This document shows positions 8,522-19,725 of a DNA stretch of 64,000 bases, one piece after another; the first letter of the stretch is position 1, and every line of letters starts with the position of its first letter. Made by a program: the position numbers and the translations under genes. The DNA is from an uncultured Marinilabiliaceae bacterium. Its GTDB lineage: Bacteria; Bacteroidota; Bacteroidia; Bacteroidales; VadinHA17. The notes under the pieces are model-generated. The model made no database searches. It was not told where the DNA came from and saw only the letters and a program-made list of their open reading frames with translations. The stretch spans positions 2,483-66,482 of the forward strand of contig CALOBV010000006.1 of NCBI GenBank assembly GCA_942491535.1, given 5' to 3'.

Positions 8522-11500
8522 TCAGTTTTTACGGACTCTTATTGCTCCTATACCTTTATCCCACAGGAGTTTATTAAATCCCGGGATATCTTCATCTCTT
8601 ATCTCCCTGGCTGTGATCTCAAGGCTCTTCCATTGCCCGTTTAATTCTGCGAGCCTTTTTCTTGAGGGATCATTTACCCTGGGAATAGCACTCTCTGTAC
8701 TATTTATCAGAAAAAGATACTCCGCTGTAAACTTATTTGGATAATTTTCCACATCATCATAGGCCTTTGATTTTCTCTGAATCATCAATTCATCCCAGTC
8801 TTTCATCTTTTTTACCAGTTCCTTGCCTTTTGCATATATCTCCGCCTCTGCTTCCTTATCAATATTCTTAAGAACATCCTCAAGCTGCATCCTCATATCG
8901 AGGATAGTATTTACATTTTTATGCATCAGATTCAGGGTATTCTCCATGTCAAGCATATAATCGCTGTATTCCTTATAATCGGCATCCGAAAGAGGGTAAT
9001 CTGGATTTTTAAGAATGGTACAGCTAAGCTCAGCCTTATCCTTACCGGCAATAAGTTTAATACTATAATCTCCTGGCGAAGCCTTATGTCCCTTATAGCT
9101 TCCCTCAATATAAGCAGAGGGTGCACCAATCATACCAGTGTATCGCATATCCCACACAAAGCGATTAAGTCCTTTTTTCTTTGACAAAACAGGCTCGGCT
9201 GAGGGTCCACCCTCGTATTTTTTATACAATTCATCTTTTTTAGAGCTAAACTTTCTTACCAGCTTGCCATCCTTATCCCTTATCTCCATTTCTACATCAA
9301 TAGTGTCGGGTAACTGGTAATAAATAACCACTCCATTGGCAGGGTTTACACCCTCATGCGGGCTCATTCCAGTAAACTTCGGGTTATTTGTGTTAAGCGG
9401 ACTGCTCCAGCTTCCCAGAATAGCTGGACCTGGATTATAAAGTGCAAATGCTTTCTTGCTATACTGCCTTATTAATTCCAGGTCGTCGAGTATCCAGAAC
9501 GAGCGTCCCGATGTTGCTACAACAAGGTTATCATCCTTGATAATCAGGTCTGTAACAGGTACTACGGGAAGGTTCAGCTTAAATGACTGCCATAGCTTAC
9601 CTCCGTCCCATGATATATACATGCCGGTCTCAGTCCCTGCAAACAGCAGATCTTTCTTCTTCTTATCCTCCCTCACCACACGGGTAAAAGCACCATAGGG
9701 AATGCCCTCACTGATATTGGTCCAGCTCTTACCATAATTACTGGTCTTATAAATAGCCGGTGTATAATCATTAAACTTATACCTTGTGGTAGCAATATAT
9801 GCAACAGCGGGGTCGTGTGGAGAAACCTCTATTGCGTTCACAAGACATTCAACAAGGTTTTTAGGTGTAACATTATTCCAGTTTTCTCCTCCATCCTTTG
9901 TAAGGTACACAAGGCCATCATCACTACCTGTCCATATAACTCCCTTTTCATGGGGTGATTCAATCACATAACTTATTGTTCCATAGTTTTCTGCACCTAC
10001 AGCTTCAACTGTATACGGGCCACCGCCCTTGCCCTGTTTATCATCCTCATCGCGAGTCAGATCTGGTGAAACCTCGGTCCATGACTTACCCAGGTCTGTT
10101 GTTTTGAGAAGGCACTGGGCCGCATGGTAGAATGTATTTGGTTCATGCTGCGACCAGATTATTGGAGCATTCCAGTTGAAACGGTACTTCATATCCCTTG
10201 AGGCCCTTCCCAGGTACAGGATGGGTGCAGCCAGTATGCCTGTTCCGGCCTTTGCTTCGATATCAAGCACCTCTATATGACCAAGATAGGACCCACCCAT
10301 CACTTTTACCGGATTATCGGGATCAAAAGCCAGAAATGCACTTTCTCCACCTGCAGAGGCAGTCCAGTACTTATCGGTAATAGCCGATCCATCAACTGCC
10401 ATACTGGCTATTTTAACCGAGGTATTATCCTGCTGGCCCCCGTAAATATTATACGGAAATTCATTATCTACATTAACACGGTAAAACTGGGCTGTTGGCA
10501 TACCATCCTGCGAAGACCATGTTTTGCCACTATTAAAACTTATTGCAGCACCTCCATCATTTGCGATGCACAGGTTACGAGAATTATTTGGATTGATCCA
10601 TAAGTCATGAAAGTCACCATGCGTCCCGGTAATTCTCTCCCAGGTCTTGCCACCGTCTATTGAGCGCAAAGCCTGTGCACTTAGAGAATAAATGGTAAAC
10701 TCATCACTGGGATCAACAAAAATCTCAAGGTAATACCATGCCCTCTGCAAAAGCCTGTGATCTCCACTCACTTTGGTCCATTTTTCACCTGCATCAGTAG
10801 AAACGAACAGTCCACCTTTTTCCTTATTGGAATCACTTTCAATAAGAGCGTATACCTTATCCGGATTGGAACGACAGACAGCTATAGCCATTTTGCCCTT
10901 TTCCTCTGGCAAGCCATTATGTATCTTTTTCCAGGTATCACCTCCATCACTGCTTTTATATAATCCGCTTCCTTCTCCGCCACTAATTACCTTCCAGGGC
11001 TTCCTCTGATGCTCCCACATTGCAGCATAGAGTACCTGCGGGTTATTCATATCCATAGACAGTTCAGAGCATCCGGTGAGATTATTTACAAATAATACAT
11101 TCCTCCATGTCTTACCGCCGTCTGCAGATTTATATATTCCCCGCTCCTTTGAAGGGCCAAACAGGGCTCCCTCAGCTGCTACGAAAACTATATCGGGGTT
11201 AGTAGGATGAATTACTATCCTTGAGATATGCTGAGTCTTCTCCAATCCTAACTTTACCCAGGTCTTGCCAGCATCTGTCGATTTTAATACCCCATCGCCA
11301 TAGGAGGTCATAACAGCCCTGGGTGCATGTTCGCCCATACCACAGTAAACCACATTGGGATTACTTTCAGACACACTAACGGCCCCGACTGATCCGGTAG
11401 TAAAATACTTATCGGAGATATTGGTCCAGAACTGACCGGCATCGCTGGTCTTCCAGAGTCCTCCCCCGGTGGTACCCATATAATAAGTAAGAGGGTCGTT

Positions 11501-11647
11501 TACTACACCTGTGGAGGTAACAGATCTGCCACCCCTGTGCGGTCCTATATTTCTGTATTTAACAGGATTAAATAAAGAGTCAATATCCTGTGAATAAATA
11601 TTAATAAGCTGAAAGAAAAACAGCAAAGCAATTGTTAGTAGTCTCAT
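8522..11647 (-). CDS. BNR/Asp-box repeat, sortilin (VPS10)-like beta-propeller protein, secreted
   Basis: Signal peptide [20 protein letters not shown]. About nine SxDxGxTW-type Asp boxes ([72 protein letters not shown]). 1041 aa. Confidence 0.8.
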   Translation of the reverse strand: MRLLTIALLFFFQLINIYSQDIDSLFNPVKYRNIGPHRGGRSVTSTGVVNDPLTYYMGTTGGGLWKTSDAGQFWTNISDKYFTTGSVGAVSVSESNPNVVYCGMGEHAPRAVMTSYGDGVLKSTDAGKTWVKLGLEKTQHISRIVIHPTNPDIVFVAAEGALFGPSKERGIYKSADGGKTWRNVLFVNNLTGCSELSMDMNNPQVLYAAMWEHQRKPWKVISGGEGSGLYKSSDGGDTWKKIHNGLPEEKGKMAIAVCRSNPDKVYALIESDSNKEKGGLFVSTDAGEKWTKVSGDHRLLQRAWYYLEIFVDPSDEFTIYSLSAQALRSIDGGKTWERITGTHGDFHDLWINPNNSRNLCIANDGGAAISFNSGKTWSSQDGMPTAQFYRVNVDNEFPYNIYGGQQDNTSVKIASMAVDGSAITDKYWTASAGGESAFLAFDPDNPVKVMGGSYLGHIEVLDIEAKAGTGILAAPILYLGRASRDMKYRFNWNAPIIWSQHEPNTFYHAAQCLLKTTDLGKSWTEVSPDLTRDEDDKQGKGGGPYTVEAVGAENYGTISYVIESPHEKGVIWTGSDDGLVYLTKDGGENWNNVTPKNLVECLVNAIEVSPHDPAVAYIATTRYKFNDYTPAIYKTSNYGKSWTNISEGIPYGAFTRVVREDKKKKDLLFAGTETGMYISWDGGKLWQSFKLNLPVVPVTDLIIKDDNLVVATSGRSFWILDDLELIRQYSKKAFALYNPGPAILGSWSSPLNTNNPKFTGMSPHEGVNPANGVVIYYQLPDTIDVEMEIRDKDGKLVRKFSSKKDELYKKYEGGPSAEPVLSKKKGLNRFVWDMRYTGMIGAPSAYIEGSYKGHKASPGDYSIKLIAGKDKAELSCTILKNPDYPLSDADYKEYSDYMLDMENTLNLMHKNVNTILDMRMQLEDVLKNIDKEAEAEIYAKGKELVKKMKDWDELMIQRKSKAYDDVENYPNKFTAEYLFLINSTESAIPRVNDPSRKRLAELNGQWKSLEITAREIRDEDIPGFNKLLWDKGIGAIRVRKN

Positions 11648-11870
11648 GATTGTAGAAGGGTTTAAAATGAAACTTGAAGATAATATATATTTTTCGAATT
11701 ACTGATTCCGGACCAGATACGATTTAATCCGAATTCCCGTTTAAAAAGTACTGAACCTGATGTCTTTTAATATAAAATTTTTATTCGTATCACTCAATAT
11801 TGAGGATTATCGGTGCTTTGCGACATGCATAATCAATATTGTGTAACCGAATAGCAGGGGTTCACGTAAA

Positions 11871-14417
11871 ATGGGAAGGGGAATTATGAAATTGTTTATT
11901 CATATAGTTGTACTATTATGGCTGTCATTGAGTATTTCAGGGCAGGATTGCTCAATATTATCAAAAGCCAATAATATTACCCCCGATAAATTATGCTCAC
12001 CCGTTACCGCAACATGGTTTGTAAGCTATACAGGGGTAAATGATGCAGGCACTGACGTGAGTATAAGATACGATTGGGACAACGGAACAGTTGAAACTAT
12101 ACCAGCTACTGAGATTGCACCGGGAGTTTTTGAAGCAACATCTGCTACCACATATACATCGGCAGGTGATGTATGTAATTATAATCCTCGGGCAACACTT
12201 ATTGTAAATGGTGTTCTGTGTACATCATCTTCGCAGGAACAGATAGTAACAGTTTGGGACAACGACGATAGTAATGGAGGAGAGATGCATATTTCTCCTG
12301 ATATTTACCCTATATGCTTTGGCACCAGCGATAATGTACGATTCCAGGACCTCACTCAGTTTAACTGCGTCCCTCCACAGGAGCTGGATAATCCGAACGT
12401 AAATACCAGGTGGTTACAGTGGATATATGGCACAGATAATACTATGACAGGTACACCCATAACCATAGAAGGGGTATCAAGAACCTTTCCTTATATAGAC
12501 AATGTAATCACATTAACCGGACCAGTTACAGGGTCGGGAGTTTGGTCTGATGTTATAAATGTTGCTGCCGATAAAGCCATTGGTCAGTATTTTGAAGTTA
12601 CCCTACGAAACTGGAATTATTGTAATCCCTATGATGATCCAAATATCCCGGGCACACCTGCAGATCCTGTTAATGGTGATAATCCCCCTGTAGAGACAAG
12701 CGCCATTATACTTATTGTAGGATATCCCAATGCTACAATAAGTCCCGTTGATACACTCTGTGCTAATGCCGATGCTGTCACCCTGACTGCTGTTGATCCA
12801 GGGGGCACATGGTTTGGAGCAGGAGTTTCGGGCAACACCTTCGATCCCGAAGTTTCGGGGCCGGGAGACCATATTATAAGGTATGATCTGACAGATCCAA
12901 ACGGGTGCTCCGACAGTGATGAAACAATAATAAGCGTGGTACCTATACCTGATGCTACAATACTATCTGGTGGGATTGTATGTTCATCTGACCCTCCTTT
13001 CACACTCCAGGCGCGCGACCCTGGCGGTGTATGGACTGGTCCGGGAGTGGTTGGAGATGTATTTAATCCTTCTTTGCCCGGAGCAGGCAATCACACAATA
13101 ACATATACAATAATAGATAGCAACGGATGCACCGACTATGATGAGACGATTATCACAGTTGCCACACCTGATGCTACTATAACTCCCGTAGATACATTGT
13201 GCAACGACAGTCCACCGGTTACCCTGAATTCTCAAGATCTGGGAGGCATCTGGTCAGGACCGGGAGTTGTTGGAAATACTTTCAACGCAGTTATTGCCGG
13301 CATAGGTGATCATCTTATCAGATACACTATTGATAATGCTGATTGCAGCGATTCCGACAGTACGATAATAACGGTTATGCCAAACCCCAATATCACAATT
13401 ATTAATCCGGGCTCACAGTTTATAGATAGTCCACCGGTAGCACTGATTGCCAGCCCGGAAAATGGTATATGGTCAGGCCCCGGATTATCCGGAAATATAT
13501 TCAATCCTGTGCTGGCAGGCATTGGCACACATGTTATATATTATCAAACTATGCCCGACAGGTGGGGCTGTATGGCCATAGATACCATACATATAAGTGT
13601 TATCCTTCCTCAAATGCCGATAGCAGACTTTAAGGCCGACACAACAGGATGTACACCGCTTACTGTATCATTTGAAAACACCAGCCAATTTGGTACAGTT
13701 TTTACCTGGGACTTCGGTGATGGCATATACTCCAATGAGAAAAATCCGGTCCATACTTATTATGTTCCCGGTGACTACTTAGTAAAATTAAGAGTTAATA
13801 ATATTAGCGGTCAAGACGTACATAATGGAACAATAAGAGTTTACCAGAACCCTTCGGCTATCTTCAGCGCCTACCCCACTACAGTTGTTAATAACGAACA
13901 GATAGTAGTATTCTCCGACAATAGTTATTTTGACCAGTCTCATTTATGGAGATTTGGTGATGGACAAAGCTCCACAGAAGAGAATCCCTGGCATCAATAT
14001 ATGGAGCCCGGTGAGTATACTGTATCACTTATTGTTACTTCAGAAAACGGGTGTGTCGATTCTACGACACTCGAAACGCCTATAGTAGTCGACTGGATAG
14101 ATGGAGATATTGAATTCGCGAATGTATTTAAATGGAATGGCTCAGGCCCCATAGGAGGAGAATGGAGGCCGGGGGTTTACGATGGCATGGATTTCGTCTT
14201 CAGACCATTCTTTGAAAATGTTTCAAGATACCAGCTTCAGATATTTAACCGATGGGGAGTACTTATTTTCGAAAGCTTCGATATAAACAGAGGTTGGGAT
14301 GGTTACTTTGGTGATGGTAATCTTGCACCACAGGGGGTATATGTTTGGAAAGTAACAGGCCAGTATGCCGACGGCTCATTTTTCACAAAAGTTGGCGATA
14401 TAACCTTTCTTCACTAA
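11871..14417 (+). CDS. Large T9SS cargo protein with repeat modules, two PKD domains and a type B (gliding-motility-associated) C-terminal sorting domain
   Basis: Signal peptide; alternative start at 11886 (MKLFIHIVVLLWLSLSISGQ). Two PKD motifs (VSFENTSQFGTVFTWDFGDG; SDNSYFDQSHLWRFGDG). C-terminal ...FRPFFENVSRYQLQIFNRWGVLIFES...GWDGYF...APQGVYVWKV...GDITFLH matches the type B CTD pattern. Confidence 0.8.
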   Translation: MGRGIMKLFIHIVVLLWLSLSISGQDCSILSKANNITPDKLCSPVTATWFVSYTGVNDAGTDVSIRYDWDNGTVETIPATEIAPGVFEATSATTYTSAGDVCNYNPRATLIVNGVLCTSSSQEQIVTVWDNDDSNGGEMHISPDIYPICFGTSDNVRFQDLTQFNCVPPQELDNPNVNTRWLQWIYGTDNTMTGTPITIEGVSRTFPYIDNVITLTGPVTGSGVWSDVINVAADKAIGQYFEVTLRNWNYCNPYDDPNIPGTPADPVNGDNPPVETSAIILIVGYPNATISPVDTLCANADAVTLTAVDPGGTWFGAGVSGNTFDPEVSGPGDHIIRYDLTDPNGCSDSDETIISVVPIPDATILSGGIVCSSDPPFTLQARDPGGVWTGPGVVGDVFNPSLPGAGNHTITYTIIDSNGCTDYDETIITVATPDATITPVDTLCNDSPPVTLNSQDLGGIWSGPGVVGNTFNAVIAGIGDHLIRYTIDNADCSDSDSTIITVMPNPNITIINPGSQFIDSPPVALIASPENGIWSGPGLSGNIFNPVLAGIGTHVIYYQTMPDRWGCMAIDTIHISVILPQMPIADFKADTTGCTPLTVSFENTSQFGTVFTWDFGDGIYSNEKNPVHTYYVPGDYLVKLRVNNISGQDVHNGTIRVYQNPSAIFSAYPTTVVNNEQIVVFSDNSYFDQSHLWRFGDGQSSTEENPWHQYMEPGEYTVSLIVTSENGCVDSTTLETPIVVDWIDGDIEFANVFKWNGSGPIGGEWRPGVYDGMDFVFRPFFENVSRYQLQIFNRWGVLIFESFDINRGWDGYFGDGNLAPQGVYVWKVTGQYADGSFFTKVGDITFLH
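12725..13601 (+). repeat. Four tandem ~73-aa coding modules inside the T9SS cargo gene
   Basis: Modules share [PT]-x-A-T-I-x(4-7)-C-x(3-5)-P-x-L-x(4)-GG-x-W-x-G-x-G-[VL]-x-G-x-x-F-[ND]-x(5)-G-x-G-x-H-x-I-x-Y...C-x-D-x-D-x-T-I-I-x-V. They start near 12725, 12943, 13164 and 13381. Confidence 0.7.
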
Positions 14418-14501
14418 ACAATAAAATGAATCGTCAAATCCTTATGGTTTGAATGAATCCTGATTCAGGAATGGATATAGTGTTAATCTAATTCCTACAG
14501 C

Positions 14502-15101
14502 TCAGCTACAGGAAACGACCCTGAAGGCCGATGATATATATAAATCAGATTTGAGCTCCAGCCCTGATCCGGAAAGGAAGTAATCAAGTCCGCCAAGATT
14601 ATTATACTTACGGAAGTTCCTGTAATGATCTCCCCCTGCAATCCTCTCAATAATAAATAATATTAAGCTTGAAAACCCAAAAGGTCTGGGATACATATAA
14701 TCCATTATTATAAGCCTGGGGGCAATCCTCCTCATCTCCTTTAATATTCTTATGGCCAGGTCGGGATCAAACTGGTGAATGGCCATCGATGTTACAGCGA
14801 CATCAAATGAATCATTTTTATATAAGGACAGGTCGGATGCATCTGAATTCAGAAACTCGACATTGGTAATGCCTTTACTATTTGCAGCAGCATTAGCAAT
14901 TGCAATCATCTCCTCCGAAAGATCTATTCCCTTTACTTCAGCGGCTTGCTCTGAGATTGCTATTGACAGCGACCCGGTGCCACATGCCACATCAAGTACC
15001 CTGTCGTCGGAAGCAATGCGCAAAATAATTGATTGCTGAACGCTCGACAGTATCCTATCAATTATATGCTTATAGATAAAGGAGTTTATTGAGAATTTCA
15101 T
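14502..15101 (-). CDS. Class I SAM-dependent methyltransferase
   Basis: Motif I VLDVACGTGSLS, followed by GIDLSEEMI and a post-I acidic residue. 199 aa. Confidence 0.8.
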   Translation of the reverse strand: MKFSINSFIYKHIIDRILSSVQQSIILRIASDDRVLDVACGTGSLSIAISEQAAEVKGIDLSEEMIAIANAAANSKGITNVEFLNSDASDLSLYKNDSFDVAVTSMAIHQFDPDLAIRILKEMRRIAPRLIIMDYMYPRPFGFSSLILFIIERIAGGDHYRNFRKYNNLGGLDYFLSGSGLELKSDLYISSAFRVVSCS

Positions 15102-15348
15102 GCCGGCACAAATGTAAATAATTAACTCTATAAAGAAAATAAGTTAAAAGAATCGAAAAAATGTCATGAATATTGTGCTGATAATTTTTGTAGCTTTGAG
15201 TTTTTAAGTCAGACATAGTTATGACAGCCGCTGAGAAGGAAAATATAAGAAGTAGCATATATGCCGGGATTGATAAACTCAATCTGCTATAAGATGCATG
15301 TCATGCAATTGAAATGATTATAATAATTGTAAATAATATACGCAGATT

Positions 15349-16017
15349 ATGAAGAAGGGCCTTTTATTTTATGTTTTACTGGCATTAGGATTGAGCGGGT
15401 TAAAGGCTCAGAGTATATTTGAACCTAACTATGCCTTAAAAAATCCAATGACTCTTGAACTAATTAACATAGAGTTAAAGGATGATGTCACGCTTTTAAA
15501 TATAAGTATAGAAAACCTGGCTGAGGGTGGTTATTATTGTATAGATCCGGCTACCTACCTTATTACTGATAAGGGAGAAAGGTTTAAGCTGTCTGAGTTG
15601 AGCGGACTACCTCTTTGTCCGGATGTATATAAATTCAGTCGGGTAGGAGAAATAAAATATATTACGATGCGCTTCCCTCCTATTGGCAAGGACTCGGAGT
15701 GGGTTGATATTATTGAGGAGTGTGACGATAACTGCTTATCTATCTACGGATTATGTCTCGATATAAAGTTAAATACAGAAATAAATATTGGGTTCAGGGA
15801 TATAGAAAACGGGAGGATGGATGCAGCCCTGAATAGGTTTGAATACCTCAGGAGCCAACTCATAGATAAAGGGAATCCAATCCTGGGATCAATATACATT
15901 AACCTGATATCGCTCTATGAAGAGAAGGGTAATTCCTCCAGGGTAGCTGAGCTGAAGAACGAGCTGCAGGGATTACTAATACCGCATAAGGAGAAGTTTC
16001 TGATTCTATTGAAATAA
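15349..16017 (+). CDS. Hypothetical secreted protein
   Basis: Signal peptide MKKGLLFYVLLALGLSGLKAQ. 222 aa with a helical C-terminal third. No family recognised. Confidence 0.55.
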   Translation: MKKGLLFYVLLALGLSGLKAQSIFEPNYALKNPMTLELINIELKDDVTLLNISIENLAEGGYYCIDPATYLITDKGERFKLSELSGLPLCPDVYKFSRVGEIKYITMRFPPIGKDSEWVDIIEECDDNCLSIYGLCLDIKLNTEINIGFRDIENGRMDAALNRFEYLRSQLIDKGNPILGSIYINLISLYEEKGNSSRVAELKNELQGLLIPHKEKFLILLK

Positions 16018-16018
16018 G

Positions 16019-16104
16019 GTTGAGACTGAGTTGAGACTGAGTTGAGACTGAGTTGAGACTAAGTTAAGACTGAGTTGAAACTGAGTTGAAAAGGTTGAAA
16101 ACTA
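16019..16104. repeat. 11-bp tandem repeat (gttgagactga), ~8 progressively degenerate copies
   Basis: Starts 2 nt after the TAA at 16015..16017: gttgagactga x3, gttgagactaa, gttaagactga, gttgaaactga, gttgaaaag, gttgaaaac. Confidence 0.9.
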
Positions 16105-16231
16105 AACCTTTCTCAACTATTCGCTGCCTAAGCAGCGATCTCAACCACTGTCCACGCAGTGGGCATCTCACCTTCTCTACTGTTCTCCGAACAGGAAATC
16201 AACTCCGACAGATAATATCCAGGTACGTGTA

Positions 16232-17683
16232 TCATAGTACTGCGATACATTTACCGAACCTCATTAACCCCATCCTCCGGAGTATATTCATAACCTTCTC
16301 ATCTTTCTTATAAAGGGTATATGAACCTCCTATATTCAGGTCAATAAATGGTGATAGCCTCAATCCGATCCCTGCACCGATAGTATTTGATGGAATTGCA
16401 AATCTCTTCTCATTCTGATATTCAGCATTAACTCCCGGTCTGGTAATAAGTACTCCTGAACTGATTCTGTATTTACTATTAACCTTATATTCTCCCCCAA
16501 AAGCAAATTCATAGGAATTTTTCTCAATCATATCAATATTAATATTTTCATCGCCATCAAAATCTATTGGTTTATCGAAATAGTAGTGTATGCCGGCATA
16601 GAACATATATCTCGGCTGGTTGGTATTCGGGTTAGTCCGATTGAAAGCATTGCGGGTATATCTGCAGTATCACACTTTGTTCCTTCTTTAAACTTGCCGC
16701 CATTCCCATCTTTGCCATCATTTACTTTGGTCAGAATATCAAGGTTTGTTTTGAACTCATACTTAAACGACCAGTTTGTGGTTATCGATGGGGCATAATT
16801 AATACTTATTATCGGTGTAACACCCATCTCCCGATAAGCTTACATCTGTCTCAACTCCGACTCTCTGTCAATTTCATCAGCATCGGCATCAGGTCATCGA
16901 GGGGTATTTGTTGCAATAGAATCCAGCAAAAAGGATAGAAATTTCTGAATGATCACTGGCTCCTACTCTTCAAACTTCACCACTTATATCATTATTTCCA
17001 ACAATAAAAGTGATCTTTAGCCTTTTACCCATTTATTTGCATGAACCAGCCTTGCTCCTGCCGCAACTGAAATATACTGGTTAATCTGAAAAGCCACATT
17101 ACCCTGGTATCCCATCGACAGAGTTCGTAGTTTCAGTAGCTATATCAACAGCTCATAACCGTTATATTATCATAATCGCCATCAACAGAAGTTGCCGCAA
17201 CAATATTGGTCAAGGTACATCTACTATACTGAGTGTATTCCTTCACTACCTGTACTACATCCGACATATATAGTTCGGAAGAAGGCAATCCATCCGAATA
17301 TTTGGTTTTACCATCACCTGCAATCGGATTTGCAGCAAATGAAAATGCAAATTTTCCGGTCTTTATAAACAGCATATGTAGCAGGAAATACGGGACACCT
17401 ACCTTTCCATCATATTCCTTTGACCATCTGTTCGATATTCGAATAATCGGTGGTAATCATCTTCAGCTGGCCCATTGTCTGGTTATTCAGAGAAAGGTAA
17501 AAACCATCATTCATATGAACCAGGCCGGCAGGATTATAATAGGCTGCATCAATATCAGAGTAGGCATCGCGGCACTGGAACCTTGTAAACATTGCACTTT
17601 GATCGAGATTGGTAACAAGTCCCCCGGCGAGTAGCAATGAAGAATAAGCCAGAAGCCAGTAATACCGTAAGTAGCTTCTTCAT
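16232..17683 (-). pseudogene. FadL/TodX-like outer-membrane beta-barrel protein, copy 1, multiply frameshifted
   Basis: ATG at 17683 gives MKKLLTVLLASGLFFIA. The family N-terminal pattern (..AGGLVTNLDQSAMFTRFQCRDAYSDIDAAYYNPAGLVHM; compare FadL xxNxQSAxxxxxxxAxxxxDAxxxxxNPAGM) is in another frame (ORF 17410..17637). Further fragments are 17145..17375, 16564..16827 and 16232..16606, plus sub-60-aa pieces such as SMGYQGNVAFQINQYISVAAGARLVHA. Confidence 0.6.
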
Positions 17684-17754
17684 AATATTATGACTTATAA
17701 TTTAAGAATTAGGTTGCTTATCTAGCTAGCCACATAAATTATGCCTTAAATTAC

Positions 17755-17785
17755 AAAAAAATGCGGACCCTTAATGGGATCCGCA
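17755..17785 (-). terminator. Rho-independent terminator between the two FadL-like copies
   Basis: Stem tgcggaccc / gggatccgca (one bulge) at 17762..17785. The A7 run at 17755..17761 reads as a U-tract after the hairpin on the minus strand. Lies 49 nt downstream of the copy-2 stop. Confidence 0.6.
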
Positions 17786-17833
17786 CTTTATATTATTCGT
17801 GAAATTCGTTTTTAATCTGTGTAAATCTCTTTC

Positions 17834-19466
17834 TTAGAAGTGAAGATCAACGCCAACGCCAATAATCCATACAGCCCTATCATAAGTTTCCATATAGTCT
17901 GATCTGGCCACCTGTAGGGATTTCTTTAATCTTATCATAAGATTCCTCTGAATAGGAAGTAACTGAAGCACCAACATTAATATCAATCATTGAACCAATT
18001 GAGTACTTGAATCCACCTCCGAAAGTACTGGTATTAAGAGAGTGTGTAATATCCGACTGATATAGATCATTTACACCTGTACTGATGCACCGCTATAACC
18101 AGCACTTATCTTTAATGCATCAGTAAGACCATATTCTGCTCCAAGTGAATATGAGATATAGTTTTTATCAATAATTCGAAATCTTTGCCCTGGCTATAGT
18201 CGATTGCCTTATCGAAGTAGGTGTGGAAACCTGCAGATAACCATCAATTTATCAGTTGGTTTTAAGCTTGCACCTATAGCCAGTTGGCAGGCATATCAGC
18301 ATTGTATTCATATCCATCAGGGAAACATAGATGCTCGGGCTGCCCGGTTGCAGGATCAACTGCTGTTATAAAGTCAGATGTTGTTTCGTTCTTAAATTTC
18401 AAGCGAAGTTTTTCCTTCATATCTAAATAGCAATATTCAACATTTCAATTGGTGAGAAATTAACACTGATTATTGGTGCAAATCCAGTTGCTTTTTGAAG
18501 AACATCAGCCTCCTGGTCCATTATTAGTCCATAAACAAGTGCTTTTCCTCCAAGATCTGTTGCTGCTGTAAGAGTGGTAGCAGCCCTGTAACAGCCCTGG
18601 GCGGCAGTTAAACCAGTAGGATTAACTCCCAGAGCTACCAGTCCACCATTTAACTGATCAGCCTGTGGCTGATTAAGTTGTCAGTAGCAGTTACAAGAGT
18701 CAGGAAGTGTTAATCCACCATATCCAGCATCAATAATTGGCTGAACTGATGCTGCACCAGTTGCCTGGGTAGCTGGCAGTTCTGTCCGGCAAGGTCATTG
18801 TAAAACACCTGCAACACTGGTTGGTGGTCCCAGATAATTAAGGTTTACATTTCTGAGGTAACCATTATAGGTATTCTTAGCTGTTACCATTCTTCCTCCA
18901 ATAGCAACTGATAACATATCGTTTATCTTATATGCTATATTTACCTGGTATCCAAAATATATGGATGTTGCTTCGAAACTAGATTCAAGATCATAACCTG
19001 TAACTCCATACCGGCAAGTGAAGAGGCTATCAATGCAGGATCATACTCTATCCTGGGAATTCCGACCTTTTCAAAAGTTGCACCACCGCCACCACCTATT
19101 GGGTTAAAGGCTGAGATACGCAAATTTACCCGTATTATAAACTCCGTATATAGACGGAAAAACAGGTGCAAAGACATCACCATCGAATTCACTGGTTTCA
19201 CCAGGGAAACTCCATTCAGGATCGGGTAAGTTTGTATTAATCTACCTTGTCTGAGAGATTGTCTGATTACTTACTGACACGTGTATCCCGGGTTTCATAA
19301 ATACAGTACCTGCAGGATTATAATAAACTGCATCCGTACCAAGTGAGGCATTACGTGCCTGCAGTCTTGTCCATGAAGCGCTCTGGTTGGTATTGGTAAC
19401 CAGACCGCCCGCCATAAGGCTGGCTGTCATGCAAACTGCGGTAATTGTCAAAAGAATCTTTTTCAT
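17834..19466 (-). pseudogene. FadL/TodX-like outer-membrane beta-barrel protein, copy 2, nonsense codon plus many frameshifts
   Basis: ATG at 19466: MKKILLTITAVCMTASLMAGGLVTNTNQSASWTRLQARNASLGTDAVYYNPAGTVFMKPGIHVSVSNQTISQTR, then an in-frame TAG (19242..19244). The same frame continues INTNLPDPEWSFPGETSEFDGDVFAPVFPSIYGVYNTGKFA before a shift into ..SAFNPIGGGGGATFEK.. (ORF 18941..19201). No minus-strand ORF of 60 aa or more between 17834 and 18941. The 3' end still encodes ..GVGVDLHF*. Confidence 0.6.
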
Positions 19467-19725
19467 AGATATAGGTTTAGTTGAAAATATTTTCGCGGAT
19501 AAATATAGGAATTTATTTCGAACGAACAAGAAAATTGCACTGAAGATGCCACCAGTTGGCCCTTTCAATTTAGAACGTACATATTTAGCGCTTTTGTTAA
19601 AAAAGTTTAACAATTGGATAGTGCAACAATATATGTTAACGGTCGTCTATATAGTGAATGGAAAATAGAAAAGGACAGATTTCTATAATCAAGAAAAGAA
19701 GCGTTAACAAATAAAAAAGGAAGCC

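Noticed and set aside
11793-11804. Perfect 12-bp palindrome ctcaatattgag in the divergent promoter region between 11647 and 11871 (a similar one, tgcatgtcatgca, near 15293)
   Set aside because: These are AT-rich palindromes of this length in AT-rich intergenic DNA, so they are not unlikely by chance. No second copy or associated regulator supports an operator call.
16086-16313. 75-aa + strand ORF spanning the hairpin series
   Set aside because: It starts with a non-ATG codon inside the tandem array, runs through structured non-coding-looking DNA into the antisense of the FadL-like pseudogene, and has no signal or motif.
19242-19244. The in-frame TAG in FadL-like copy 2 as possible stop-codon recoding
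   Set aside because: TAG functions as a normal terminator elsewhere in the window (for example holA at 26145..26147). The same gene also carries many frameshifts, so a plain nonsense mutation is the simpler reading.
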